The notes under the pieces are model-generated. The model had not been told where the DNA came from. It did not search any database and saw only the letters and a list, made by a program, of their open reading frames with translations. DNA of 63,126 nt, counting the filler, from Rhabdomonas costata (taxonomy: Eukaryota), in NCBI GenBank assembly GCA_019059605.1. It is 51 parts of 51 records of this genome, joined end to end, with 100 filler letters (N's around TTAATTAATTAA, not from the genome) between each part and the next. Parts side by side here need not be neighbours in the genome. Positions count along the whole stretch, not along the records: positions 38,438 to 39,577 come from JAHMHO010026640.1; positions 39,678 to 40,815 come from JAHMHO010026641.1; positions 40,916 to 42,055 come from JAHMHO010026642.1; positions 42,156 to 43,295 come from JAHMHO010026643.1; positions 43,396 to 44,536 come from JAHMHO010026644.1; positions 44,637 to 45,776 come from JAHMHO010026645.1; positions 45,877 to 47,016 come from JAHMHO010026646.1; positions 47,117 to 48,256 come from JAHMHO010026647.1; 43 more parts are not named here. One strand, given 5' to 3'. Shown here piece by piece: positions 38,801 to 50,834 of this stretch (position 1 is its first letter; the number at the start of each line of letters is the position of its first letter). A program made the translations under genes and the position numbers.

Positions 38801-40701
38801 TGGCTGGGGTAATCCCATAATCTACCAAAGCGTTGCACCACCGCAGATGAAGAGCAAAAAAATTTTGTTTGACGACGAGAAAAACGAAAAGCGCAGGAAG
38901 GGCACGAGCGGAGCATGAGAATAACTCGAAATGGGCATACGCATTCTCATCGGCGTTGCAGCCGGTTTAGCCACTTGCAATTGGCCCGGAGAAGGGAGAG
39001 CAGCGTGGGTGCTTTTTTGGGCTCTCGCTTGGATCTGAAAACGTATGACAAAGAAGGATTGGACCTCATCCAAGTCGAAACCAAAACAAACAAAACTGCC
39101 TTGAAAGCCAACTCACATATGCTTCGTCCATCAGTATTCCGAGCCTCGAGGTTCGACGAATGACCCATCTGCATAAACGACACGCTTCCGAAACCCCGGC
39201 ACACGAATACCTGCAGCAATTCTGAGGTTCCACGGCTTCCGAAGAGGCAGAACTGGAGTGGATTTCTTTGTTTCCCCTCATATCGTCGGCGGGAAACGAA
39301 ACTGTACAGGGCGAGCAAACAGCGGCTTCCGACAGCCCATTGGTGGACGTGGACAAAGGCGTTCCTACTGACGTTGCAGCACCCAGAGAATGGGAGACAA
39401 TCGCGGGCTTCAGGGTGCCCCGAGGGAGGGCAGAGGTGAGGTTTCCGCCCGCAGGAGCGGACGTCGGTGGCCTGAGATTCGAGGCCTGGTGAATAAAGAG
39501 GAGCTGCAAGTACAACTGAGGAAGGGAAGAAAGACGCCAAGGGACCTTCACAGCGCCATGACTTCAACACAAACACANNNNNNNNNNNNNNNNNNNNNNN
39601 NNNNNNNNNNNNNNNNNNNNNTTAATTAATTAANNNNNNNNNNNNNNNNNNNNNNNNNNNNNNNNNNNNNNNNNNNNGTGGGTGTGTTATGATATTTTTA
39701 TTGTTCCAAAGTGTCTTGTGATACTCAATAGTTTGCCTAATAGAAAATAAATGCACTGCATTATGGCACCAGAACTGTTAAAGCAACAAAAATTGCAACT
39801 ATCAACGGAATATGTCCACAAACGGAAACAAACATGTAATAACGTAATCAAGATAACAAATATCCATTCTTGTATTCCAATGCACAAGTAATGTTAAGTA
39901 TACATTTACATTTACATTTACATTATGACATAGAACTCCAAAAAAAGTGACAACTCAAACGTTGGATAATACAAGAGACATAAAATGACAAGGCATTTCT
40001 AACTACATAGTGCAAAACATTGGACACTTTCAACGTGAAAAACACCAATCTTTCAATTTTTGATTTCCACAGAATGTGATGATGAGTACAAATTCCTTCT
40101 ACATTTTACGGCAACACCTACACGCGTGACCTACAAATTACACGTTTCTAGTCACGATGCACATGTTTCTTTCAAATTGTATACGTGGTGTTGAAAATGA
40201 GGGACCTGTTTTAGAGGTCTCATTCGCATCTAAGAGAACATCTAAACTTTTTGCGCAAAACTCCTTATGACATAAAAAAGCAGAATACAACATCTGTTGA
40301 TTGACATTATGAGTTTCATAAGTGTGGATTATAAGGTTGTATCTATTTGCTCAAAGCTCATATATGGAAACGCAGCAGTAAAATAAACGTTTTCAACCAC
40401 ACTATTTTAAAGCCCTTATTAGAAGCTCTTCCAATATATGCAAGTTAAAATCCACGCAAAATGTGGACAAGAAACAACGTCGTTTTATAAATATTTTGCA
40501 TTTTTGAGAATACGCCAAAATGTGTACGATATAATTATGCCATTAAAGGCGCTCCATCACTTGTAATGCACACTGTAATTTTAATCCAGGTGGTTAGGGT
40601 GCGATGCAAGCACGGTGGGTCTGGGGGTAGCAAAGCCCCCCCAGCAACGTTTCTAGGGTTAGCTAGCGGTGCCCTTACCATCGTTTATGCTCTTTTCAGC
40701 T

Positions 40702-40815
40702 ATGTTTACCATCTTTGACTGCAAGAGTTGTGTGGTGATGAGAAGAAATTGAGGGCTTTCTTAATCAAGTATGGAGTGCTGGCTTCCGTGAAGACTTGTC
40801 CTTGTGGCGAGCCTG
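40702..40815 (+). mobile_element. 5' fragment of Merlin/IS1595(ISXO2)-like transposase, frameshifted
   Basis: MFTIFD-(shift)-QELCGDEKKLRAFLIKYGVLASVKTCPCGEP resembles the Merlin N-terminus (FLxxxGxL...CxCG); truncated by the contig end. Confidence 0.4.
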
Positions 40816-41009
40816 NNNNNNNNNNNNNNNNNNNNNNNNNNNNNNNNNNNNNNNNNNNNTTAATTAATTAANNNNNNNNNNNNNNNNNNNNNNNNNNNNN
40901 NNNNNNNNNNNNNNNCTGGCGGAAATGTAAAATTTTGCCAACTTGCAATTCATGGATAGTGGGCTCTGCCTTCAAATGTTTCGCTTTTCTACCCCCTTCT
41001 TGTTTGCAG

Positions 41010-41384
41010 ATTCCTCCTCTTCCTTGTGGTTTCGACGTCCAGACTCTGTTGCGGGAAGCGGTGCAGGGCAGCGTAACTGCCTTAGTCGCTGTCGCCGTCC
41101 TGCGCTCCAGCGGCCTCTTTTCGGGAGCTGGCCATTCGCTGGATCGCCCTGAGGCGCTTGCGATACTGCAATCTCCAGCCGCAGCTGCCTACCCAGTAGC
41201 TACCGCGCTGCACCAACTGATCAACAGTGGTGGTCCGCGCTCGTCGGCGGATTGCCTTGGGGTACTGCGGGAGCACGCGGAGAGGGGCGACCCCACGGCA
41301 TTGTGGGCCCTGGGGTTGTGCCGATTTTTTGGCCCGAGCTTCGTGCCCGGACTACCCCCGGAGAATCGCGAGGAAGCCTGCGCT
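41010..41384 (+). CDS. Exon with SEL1-like repeats
   Basis: tttgcag|IPPLP...AERGDPTALWALGLCRFFG...NREEA; SEL1 AxxGxxxAxxxLGxxxxxG pattern. Confidence 0.7.
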
Positions 41385-41671
41385 TAAGAAGAAGGGGGTA
41401 GAAAAGCGAAACATTTGAAGGCAGAGCCCACTATCCATGAATTGCAAGTTGGCAAAATTTTACATTTCCGCCAGGAGTGCCATGCACTAAAATTTAGCTG
41501 TTGTTGTTTATGTCTTCGACACAGTCTCATTTTCTCCGAGCAAGACGGTCATTGATCGAAAGCCTCCATAAAATAGTTATATAGACGTTCCACGTTGGAT
41601 TGGAACAGCAAAAAAAGTCAAGAGGCATTCCAAAGTCGATCCAAACCAATTGCGACTAAAAACAACGATAC

Positions 41672-42019
41672 CTGCAAGCTGAGAAACGTGATCGATGCCC
41701 CAGGATTGTACGTTCCTATCACAGTCACCTGGCCGGGCTGAACCTCCCCGGCCCCAGTCGTAGCAATGTGACGATATACAAACTGCACATCGACCGCGGC
41801 CCCGAACTCCGCCAGAACCTCACTCTCGCTTGCGTAGCACGACAGCTCCCGAATGTCGTAGCCCCACATTCCACTCAACTCGTACAGAGTCCGTGGTCCT
41901 GAGCTGGTTGTGTTGAACGCCTTGAGAACCTCCGGGTCTGTGGTGAATGAGGTCAGGCTGTAGAAGAAGATTTGAAGCTGTGAAGGTCCGTTTTCGCGGT
42001 TGAGGGACTCCTTTACTCC
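41672..42019 (-). CDS. Exon encoding a mono-ADP-ribosyltransferase (R-S-E clade) catalytic domain
   Basis: GV...IFFYSLTSFTTD...RTLYEL...GYDIRELSCYASESEVL; S-x-S-like and E-x-E motifs in ART order; ends cag|gtatcg. Confidence 0.7.
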
Positions 42020-43046
42020 GCCTTCACAGCTTCAAATCTTCTTCTACAACCAACCNNNNNNNNNNNNNNNNNNNNNNNNNNNNNNNNNNNNNNNNNNNNT
42101 TAATTAATTAANNNNNNNNNNNNNNNNNNNNNNNNNNNNNNNNNNNNNNNNNNNNGTAGGGTTAGTGCTACTGTTGTTGTTTGTGCTTAGCGTTGTGTTG
42201 TTAGTGCTTTGCGTGTTGGTTGATGCGTTGATGGTTACGGTGTCTGGGGCTGTGGTGCGTTGGGTTGATGGCTTGTTGCGTTTAGGCGAAGGGTGTCATG
42301 GTCATGGTCGTAGCGTTGTTGTCACTCTTAGGTCCGTGGGGTTAGTGTGGTGGGTGTCAGTGGGTCTTAGCGTCTTGGTGTTCATGCTGTGTACTATGCT
42401 TCTGTGTCATAATGTGTATTGGCGTCTTGGGGTTACGTGTCAGGGTTTCGTGTTCTACGCTTCTACAGTGCTTGTTGGTGTCATGGTGTGTGTTGGTGCT
42501 GTGGGGGTTTCAGGCTGTCAGGGTGTCACGGTTTTACGTCTCAAGGGTCTGTGCGTTCTGTGTTTCTGTCTCAGTGCTTGTATTGTGCTTAGCGTTACTG
42601 TTACTGTTGTTGTTGCTTGTAGGTCCGTGGGGTTATGTGTGATGGCTTCAGGGTTTGTGTGGATGTTGGGTTCATGCTTTGTGTGTTTCTGTGTCCATGG
42701 CTGTGCTTTGCTTCTGTGTGTTGGCATTCTGTGTTGCTTCTGGGGTTCGTGGCGTGGTGTTTTTGGGTCTGAGGGTCAACGGGTTCTGTGTCAAGGTGTC
42801 ATGGTTTGTGTGTTACTGTCTACTGCGTTTATGTCTCAGGGTTACGTGTTGGTTCTTGGGCTTCTTGTTCTTGTTTCTGTGGGGCTAGGGTTGGTGAGTT
42901 GAGGGCTGATGTTACAACCTACTACCAGCGTTGTCTATGCGTAGGATGAGTGAGAGGTGTATTCTATCGCGATGCCTTCCTGACTCCGGGATGCCTCGAA
43001 GCCTCGACATCCCTCCGTACCTTCCATGCTAAGATGACCTGATGCA

Positions 43047-43295
43047 TTACTCCGACTCAGATGACATCCTCAACTCGCAGACACTTAGGGGCATTTCTAC
43101 CTGCGGTGCCTTCATCCTCTACTACGGCATGTCCGTACCGACCATGCCTACGTGTTACTCCGACTCAGATGCAATCCTCAACTCGCAGACACTAAGGGGC
43201 ATTTCTACCTGCGGTGCCTTCATCCTCTACTACGGCATGTCCGTACCGACCATGCCTACGTGTTACTCCGACTCAGATGCAATCCTCAACTCGCA
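43047..43295. repeat. 108-bp tandem repeat, 2.3 copies to the contig end
   Basis: Units start at 43047, 43155 and 43263 and are near-identical. Confidence 0.95.
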
Positions 43296-45029
43296 NNNNN
43301 NNNNNNNNNNNNNNNNNNNNNNNNNNNNNNNNNNNNNNNTTAATTAATTAANNNNNNNNNNNNNNNNNNNNNNNNNNNNNNNNNNNNNNNNNNNNATTTC
43401 TTACAATACTCCTCTTCAGCTCGGTGCCTCTCTGCCCTCCATTGCCTTGTGGGGACGAGGGCAGGGCTCGGCTCCCTCCACACATACCTCGAGCCGGTAG
43501 AACCCTCCCAAGGGAAGCACACACCTACAGTGAGGTGCTGCGTGCACACCCACCCACCGCACAGTGCAGTCACAAGAGAAGAGCTCCTTTAGTTCATCGC
43601 CCCACACGCCACAGCGGAGCTTTCCGCCCGCGTCTCGGGATGGCAGAGGTCTTTTGCAGTCTGTCCAGCTCACTCTGAAATCCACACGAGAAGAGGGCAA
43701 CGGGCAGAAATGAACAAAGGCTGGCTGGGATTGGAATGGACGGGTGAATTGGTAGGTACGTCGCATGGGGAATGCCGCCAGTGCACCACAGTTAGCGTGC
43801 GTGCACTCGCGTATGTGTCTGTTTGTGTGGAAGGAACATGCCTTCGCCTTCTTATGCCTCTCTTCGCTCTCAGTATCTACACAGCAGCGCCACGTGGTGG
43901 TGACGGAGACAGCTGTGGGTTCCAACCAATTATTTATTCGTAAGGTCCATGAATTTCATTTCCTAACACTCCTAATTTTCTAAATACTACAATTTTGGAC
44001 AAGCTTATCCCTAAATGCGCACTCACATTACAATAGCATGATCGGTGACATAAGGCACACGCAGGAACGTAACCTATGTCGCTTCCTCCGGCACAACAAG
44101 CAGGGGCTGAAGGCGTTGGGTAATTGGCGGTTAGCCGGAGGGCCTGACGGAAACAGCTTCAAGCGGCTTGAATAAATCGAAAGGGATTCGGGAAAAGCGG
44201 GCCAATCGAGAACTGGTACACATGGCATTTGGAAAAATCCACTGCAACCACCAGCAGTAACACGGATAACAGCCACAGAGCAAAAAGTCCCGCGTGCACA
44301 CCTCAATAAGCATACCCGGCGGCGTCTGACGGACTCCTTCACGAGGCGCTGTGCCTGGCGCTGCTCTCGCATCTCCACGGAGTGGAGGCTGGATCTCAGC
44401 GACATTCATTAACTCACCTTGCCCTTCCGACTGCAGAAAAAAGCCATCACGGGCAGGCTGACGCAGGGTAACTTTTCTACCCGTCAAATCTCCACCGGAA
44501 GCCATTGGTTTGCATTTCAAGCTGGTCACACCAAAANNNNNNNNNNNNNNNNNNNNNNNNNNNNNNNNNNNNNNNNNNNNTTAATTAATTAANNNNNNNN
44601 NNNNNNNNNNNNNNNNNNNNNNNNNNNNNNNNNNNNGGTTTGGTGGTCCGGACCCCCCCCCCCACACACACGGGGAGAAGCGTGATTCCTTGGGGGCCCG
44701 ATGGCAACCCGAGAATTGCACTGTGTAGGTGGGGACGGGACAAATATACGCTTAGCGCTCACAGTACATATACACATAAGACTGGGATCTAGGATATTGC
44801 AAAGAAGGTGCGGGGCGCGATGAGAGAAAAGCAATGCGTTTGAGGGAATGCACAGTGCCTGTGAGTGCCGGGAAACCAGAGGCAAGAGAACATGCCGCGT
44901 GACACGCGCGGACCATTTCTCCACAATCTCACTTCGACAGTGGATTCCAATTAGAACACCACTGCCTCCCGGACTCGGCTTCGCTGCCCGAGCATGCCGC
45001 ACACGCCACATTCAAACACACAACCATAC

Positions 45030-45385
45030 CCGAAGGGTCTCGGGGTCGATCTCCACGCGAGCCGTCCCGAAATGCATTCCCACCCGAACCCTCAGTCCCC
45101 GCCATAGGTCTTGCGGCGACGCGCTTTCCGCCGCACTGGCACCGTTCCCGCAGCTCCCGAGGGCGGCCGGAGATGGAGATGGGTTTGAGAAGGAGTGTGG
45201 CGATCGCGCCTGCGGAAGTTGTTGTGGCGAGATCGGTGGGCTGTTGTCCGTGAACCTCAGGAGGGAGTCCGGCCAGTCAGCCTGGAGCAGGCGGAGCTGC
45301 AGGAGCACTGCGAACTGCACGGCGGCGGTGCAGTCGGGAAAGGTCACGAAGAAGCTGTCTCCGATGGTCTTCACCTCGTAACCCC
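45030..45385 (-). CDS. Exon of class III adenylate/guanylate cyclase catalytic domain
   Basis: ttgcag|GYEVKTIGDSFFVTF...QLRLLQADWP...LWRGLRVRVGMHFG...DP|gtatgg. Confidence 0.92.
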
Positions 45386-46480
45386 CTGCAAGGGAACAGA
45401 GTCAAACAGACACACAGAGAGACCGATCGCGTGCTTTCGCGAACAAGTGGAACCGATCTCGATGGCAGCGATGGCGGCTTGACCCCGAAGCAGGACTGGA
45501 CTGGACTGGACTGGACTGGACCGGACCTGAGCGGGACCAGGCACTCGAATCACAACTTCAGCATGACTAGATCCCATGATTGATAGCAGCACTCCTGAGT
45601 TGAGTTTACTGGCAACTTCCCAGCCTCTGCTGGTCCCTATTTGGTCCCTTTTCTATGGTCTTTTTAGGGCCTCATCGACAGAGAAACTTTCAGGTCTTGA
45701 CCTGAGGCTTTATCGAGGCCCTTTTGGTGAAGCCACAAGGTGAGTGACATTTATGCCATCAACCACACCCAACACANNNNNNNNNNNNNNNNNNNNNNNN
45801 NNNNNNNNNNNNNNNNNNNNTTAATTAATTAANNNNNNNNNNNNNNNNNNNNNNNNNNNNNNNNNNNNNNNNNNNNGGTTTTTGGGATGACGCTGCGTTG
45901 TGATTTGTTGTTGCCGCGAAAGCTCATGCGGAGGCGGGAGGGTATCTGTCTAGCAACACTTGTTAATGGTCGTCCCCGGTCTTGTCCGCCTGCAAATGAG
46001 CCTTTGAGTGTGTCTTTGCCGCAGTGTTGAGGTCACCTTGCCAAGTTTTGCTTTCCCGCGTCCAGCATCAGTGACAAACATTTCGTTTTGTGTTATTGGG
46101 ACAATTCTGCCCCGCCTGGGTCTGTGTTTGTGTGCTTTGGCGACACTATGGTCCCTCTCGTGGTAACTATTGGGCATGAGTAAGAAAACCTCAGTTGTCA
46201 GGTCGGTCGAGCTCTTTGGTGCCTTCCTCTGGGTACAAGCACCTTATAGAAATGCCGCATATATAAATGTTCACTTTTCATGCAGTGCCAACAAACAGCC
46301 AAATCGGTGGCTGGATGGGGGGATCAGGGATCAGAAAGTTTCTGCCTGTGGACATGAGGCGGGAGAGCGTTCTTTGGTTTTTGGTTTCTGGGAAGGTTTT
46401 GGGTATACGTTCTCCTAGCGAAAGACTTTTCAGTGAATTGTACTGATTCTGTGCTTGTCTGTGTTTGTCCGTGTGCCGAA

Positions 46481-46993
46481 ATGGAGGAGTCCCCCGCGAG
46501 GGCCGCGGAGGCCAAACTGTTCGTCGGCAACCAACCCATTTCCATCACAGAGCAGGAGGTCGAGGCGGCGTTTTCGCAGTGTGGCACGGTCACTGAGGTA
46601 CTTGAACTTTTTTTATTTTTTCCTTCCATTTTCGTTTCCTTCCATTTTCGCCTTTTCGGGGAGGAGGAGGGCAAAAACGCCGTGAAACGACTATTTGTGC
46701 CAAAAGTTCATAGATGCATCCAATCCTGTTGTCCATTGTATATCACTGAGGCATCAGTCCTGTTGGGCTGCTTGGAATAAGAACGTTCGTGGCTAAAACT
46801 TTGATGAAAGAAGATGAAAGAAGATGGAAGAAACCTTTGGGTTTTCACGTATGCCACACAGGTGGCCCTGCTGAAGCCCAACTCCATGGGAGTTCGAGGT
46901 GGGTTTGTGCGGTTCCTGGACCCCAGAGCCGCCGAGCTGGCCATCGCGCAGCTCAGCGGGAAGACGCTGGGGGGTTCCCACACACCAATCGTG
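46481..46993 (+). CDS. RRM RNA-binding protein (CELF/ELAV-like); exons 46481-46597 and 46862-46993
   Basis: KLFVGN (RNP2) and GGFVRF (RNP1) joined in phase 0 by GT-AG intron 46598-46861. Confidence 0.85.
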
Positions 46994-47125
46994 GTACGTT
47001 CCACAGCATACCCACCNNNNNNNNNNNNNNNNNNNNNNNNNNNNNNNNNNNNNNNNNNNNTTAATTAATTAANNNNNNNNNNNNNNNNNNNNNNNNNNNN
47101 NNNNNNNNNNNNNNNNTATTCACAC

Positions 47126-47240
47126 CGACCTGGGTTGTCAGCAGTGCGCAGAACACGGAGCTATCGCCGTTGAACAGGTCCACAAACTGCTGCCGCTGCT
47201 TCAGAGGAAGTTGCCCATCAATACGGCAGTACCGTAGGCC
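47126..47240 (-). CDS. Exon of SNF2-family helicase C-terminal domain (ERCC6/ERCC6L-like)
   Basis: cttcag|GLRYCRIDGQLPLKQRQQFVDLFNGDSSVFCALLTTQV; not in the ORF track. Confidence 0.85.
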
Positions 47241-50200
47241 CTGAAGAGTCCATCAGCGAGCATTGATCTAGTAGTTTCACCTTTACAACTGTCAAAGAAA
47301 AGAGGAGCTCGGTAAGAAATTGCCGAGGGCCAAAGGCCAGAGGCAGAAGGGTTGCAAGAGTAAAGCGGCAGAGTTGGTTTGGAAAGAAGTCTTTGCACAA
47401 GAGAGTTGCATCGAAGAAAGAAGAATTTGGGAAAGCTCGAAGATTATGACAAGAATGTCCCAATGTCCCCTAAGTCCCTAAGTCCCTAAGTCAAAGAAGA
47501 AACACAGGCAAAGCTTTCTCGCGGCATAACAGAGAAACGGAAACAAACAAACAAACTAAACTCAGGGCCCTGCTTAGCAATACAAGCGGAGCTAAGGCCA
47601 ATACGCATCCCTAAATCCCAATTAGTTGAATTGCCATTTGGCACGATTGCAAATGCCCCAGATGTCCCAAACAGTTTGTGAAAGTATCTAGTGCGCGTCT
47701 CCGCGCGTGTGCCGCGGAGTGTGTGTGTATGTGTGTGTGTGTGTGTGTGTGAAACGCAAATCAACGCCACTGGTGACAGGCACGGTGGGGGTAAGGTGCC
47801 ACCTCGCGGTGGATCCAGCACTGCAGAATGTTTAGCATCACTGCAGAGCGAGAGAAAACCAGCACTCGGTGGCCCCGCGCAAACAGCAGCCTCAGCAGGA
47901 AGCAGCAGAAGCCCACTTTCACACTGTCCCGAACCATGCAGCACTCTGCAAAAGCGAAATCGAAAGAGAGATCTGCAGCATCTGGACAAATACCGACAAG
48001 ATGAGAGGGTAGCAGGAAGAGAGAAAAAGACAGTTAAAGGGTCGTGCAAGACGCCATGACGTCGGAGAGCAAATGAAGCATGGCTGCAACCGCCCCACTA
48101 AAACGTTACCACACCATGGAACAAGGGAACCGCTTTCGTTCCCTTGTTTGTCGGTGGCCCAATCAGGCCGTCCTTCACTTCCACTTTGCACTCAGGAGAA
48201 GACAAAAACAGAGTCGGGCAAGAACACAAAAAAACAGGGGGAAAAACAAGTCAGGCNNNNNNNNNNNNNNNNNNNNNNNNNNNNNNNNNNNNNNNNNNNN
48301 TTAATTAATTAANNNNNNNNNNNNNNNNNNNNNNNNNNNNNNNNNNNNNNNNNNNNGGTGGTGGTTGTTTTTGTGCTGGTTACCCGACGTTTGACAACAT
48401 AAAGCGGCACACCAGGCACATACACTACGTGCACAAGGGATGGTTTTGGTGGAGGTCTTTTCTGCCTCCAGCGGGATTTCAAATATTCTCTCGTTGCCTG
48501 GCCCCTCCTCGTGGTATGGATCACCCCTCTGCTGCTGGGAAATCTCAGCGCCGAATTAAACCGCGGTTCTAGGGAGCTCCCTATGCGCTTGCCCAGTGTG
48601 CTGAAATCTCGGTGATCACTCTTCAGCACATCTTTTGCCTGGGATCCTGCTTGGGACAAACACAATTACACATACACGCAATGAGAGAGACGTTTGCGAC
48701 TTGACTTGGGTACGAGGGGCCGCCAGATCGGCTCGCGAATAGAGAGGACCTACACCCACATGTTGGAGTCGCATCCACATGCAATAAAATCGAACGACGA
48801 ATGGAATATGAGATCGCGTTTTTTTTGATTTAGGTCCAGGGATTCCCACAAACCAGTGCGGTTCGGATGCGACACAGAAGAGGAGCAAACGCCTCCTTCC
48901 AACCCACTTCATCCCAAGCATTTCACAGCTGGCAACACACCGTTTTGGTGTCCCTGGCACGAAAGCTGTGAGGGCGGAGCCCTTGAATGATCTGAAGAAA
49001 ATGTGAAGGGTAAGTAAAAGGTCACCGAACAAAAAAACTCTGCAAAACTGGTCAGAAAGGCTCGACGAAAGGGACAAAAAGAACTAGAACCACGGCAAAC
49101 CGTGACTCTGGAACCCCACGATTTTCCGAAACAGGACCGTATGTGTAAACCTGCGGAGCCTTATGCGCATCCTAAAGCGATCGCCGCAAAACATAAGAAG
49201 CCACAAAAGATAAATAGACATCGGCGCTGGCTGAAAACCGAAATGAAGGAAAGTTAACAATGCCAATGTGCACACAAGTATCCACTGAAGGGAAAAGATG
49301 TTCTTTACTTGCGGAGCAGGACACAAATGTTGACAAAGTTATGTCACTTGAAAACAGCAACTAACGCGATTCGTGACGCTGTTCGAGTTTTTCGGAGACC
49401 TAAAGACAAGGAGATAAAGACCAGGGAGGTACCAATGTACCAATAAACGAGCAGGTGTGTGTGTGTGTGTGTCGTCCAGGCATACAAACAAAAACNNNNN
49501 NNNNNNNNNNNNNNNNNNNNNNNNNNNNNNNNNNNNNNNTTAATTAATTAANNNNNNNNNNNNNNNNNNNNNNNNNNNNNNNNNNNNNNNNNNNNGTGTT
49601 GGTGTGTTTGGGGTTGGTGGTTTGACGGTTTGAGGCGGGGTAAGGTTAATTTTCAGAAAGGGGATAACGTATACTGTCCTAATGCGTGCCCCGATTTATG
49701 AAGCTTACAATTCTTCAACCGTTCAACGTGCCAAATAATATCGTGGTGGACACTTTTATTTGGCGAACTTATGACGCTCTCGGTTGGCGTGCCTTTTTGT
49801 CCAAGAATGAGACACAACTTTCGGGCTTACTACAGGTTTTTCGGTGGGAGAAAAATCTAAAGTGAGCTACAAATCCTACGTTTTGAGTTCGCCCAATAAA
49901 AGTGTCCACCGGGATAAAAATAAAACAGCCCAAAAAATCATAATCAGATGGATTTCTCTTTTTCTCCTTCCAACTTTGTTTTTTTGTTTCAACTTCCTTC
50001 TTGCAAAGTGTTTTGGTGCTGCGCCACAGAAGCTTCAAGAACTCCTGCCTGTGCCGCAGCGCCGTGAATTTGTTCTCCACAAAGAAAGATTTATTGTCCA
50101 TTTCTTCACCACGTATAAAAAATTGCCCATTTCAATTCATATCCTTTTTGAGTTACGTCGTCTGCCTAAAAGATGGCAGCATTGACCAAAATCACGCGAG

Positions 50201-50343
50201 ACCTAGCACAAAACACACGGGAGAAGGAGACTCAGCTGGCAGGGAACTGCAGGAGGAGAAGTGAAAGGGGAAGAAAGCATCGCCGGTGAGAGAGGAGAGA
50301 GAAAGAAGCCTGTGGAGATTTTGATCGTCCCCAGGGCGGTGGG

Positions 50344-50734
50344 TTACAGGGCCTCCACGGGAACCGCCACTGCCTGCTTCAGCAGCACGTCGTTGAGGTC
50401 CTGCTCCTCCGCGGTGGACTTGCCGGACTTTCCTCGGCACACGCGGACCTGCACACAGAGGATCACAACGAGTTGATGGTGAGGAGAATGAGCGTCTTAA
50501 GAGTTCGTGCCCGGGAAAACGAATCCCTCACCACATCAAAGACTTTTGTGGGACCACAAAACGGGCGCACACACACGAGCACATCAGAAGTTCAAGAGAT
50601 TTACGGGGCTTCTTGGAAAAGGCAAAGCTCCGCAAAAAAAAAAAGCGCACAGAGTGAAGAGCAGAAACTTACCGCGGTCATGCCCACGATCGTCACCACA
50701 GCAACGAAGCACAGGATGGTAACCAGAACTCCGG
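50344..50734 (-). CDS. C-terminus of single-pass membrane protein; exons >50734-50673 and 50448-50344
   Basis: TM helix VLVTILCFVAVVTIVGMTA|gtaagt...cag|VRVCRGKSGK...stop. Confidence 0.65.
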
Positions 50735-50834
50735 NNNNNNNNNNNNNNNNNNNNNNNNNNNNNNNNNNNNNNNNNNNNTTAATTAATTAANNNNNNNNNN
50801 NNNNNNNNNNNNNNNNNNNNNNNNNNNNNNNNNN

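Noticed and set aside
42165-42902. 245-aa V/L/C-rich ORF as a multi-pass membrane protein or edited mitochondrial gene
   Set aside because: Explained by A-poor composition and shuffled repeats; no conserved motifs.
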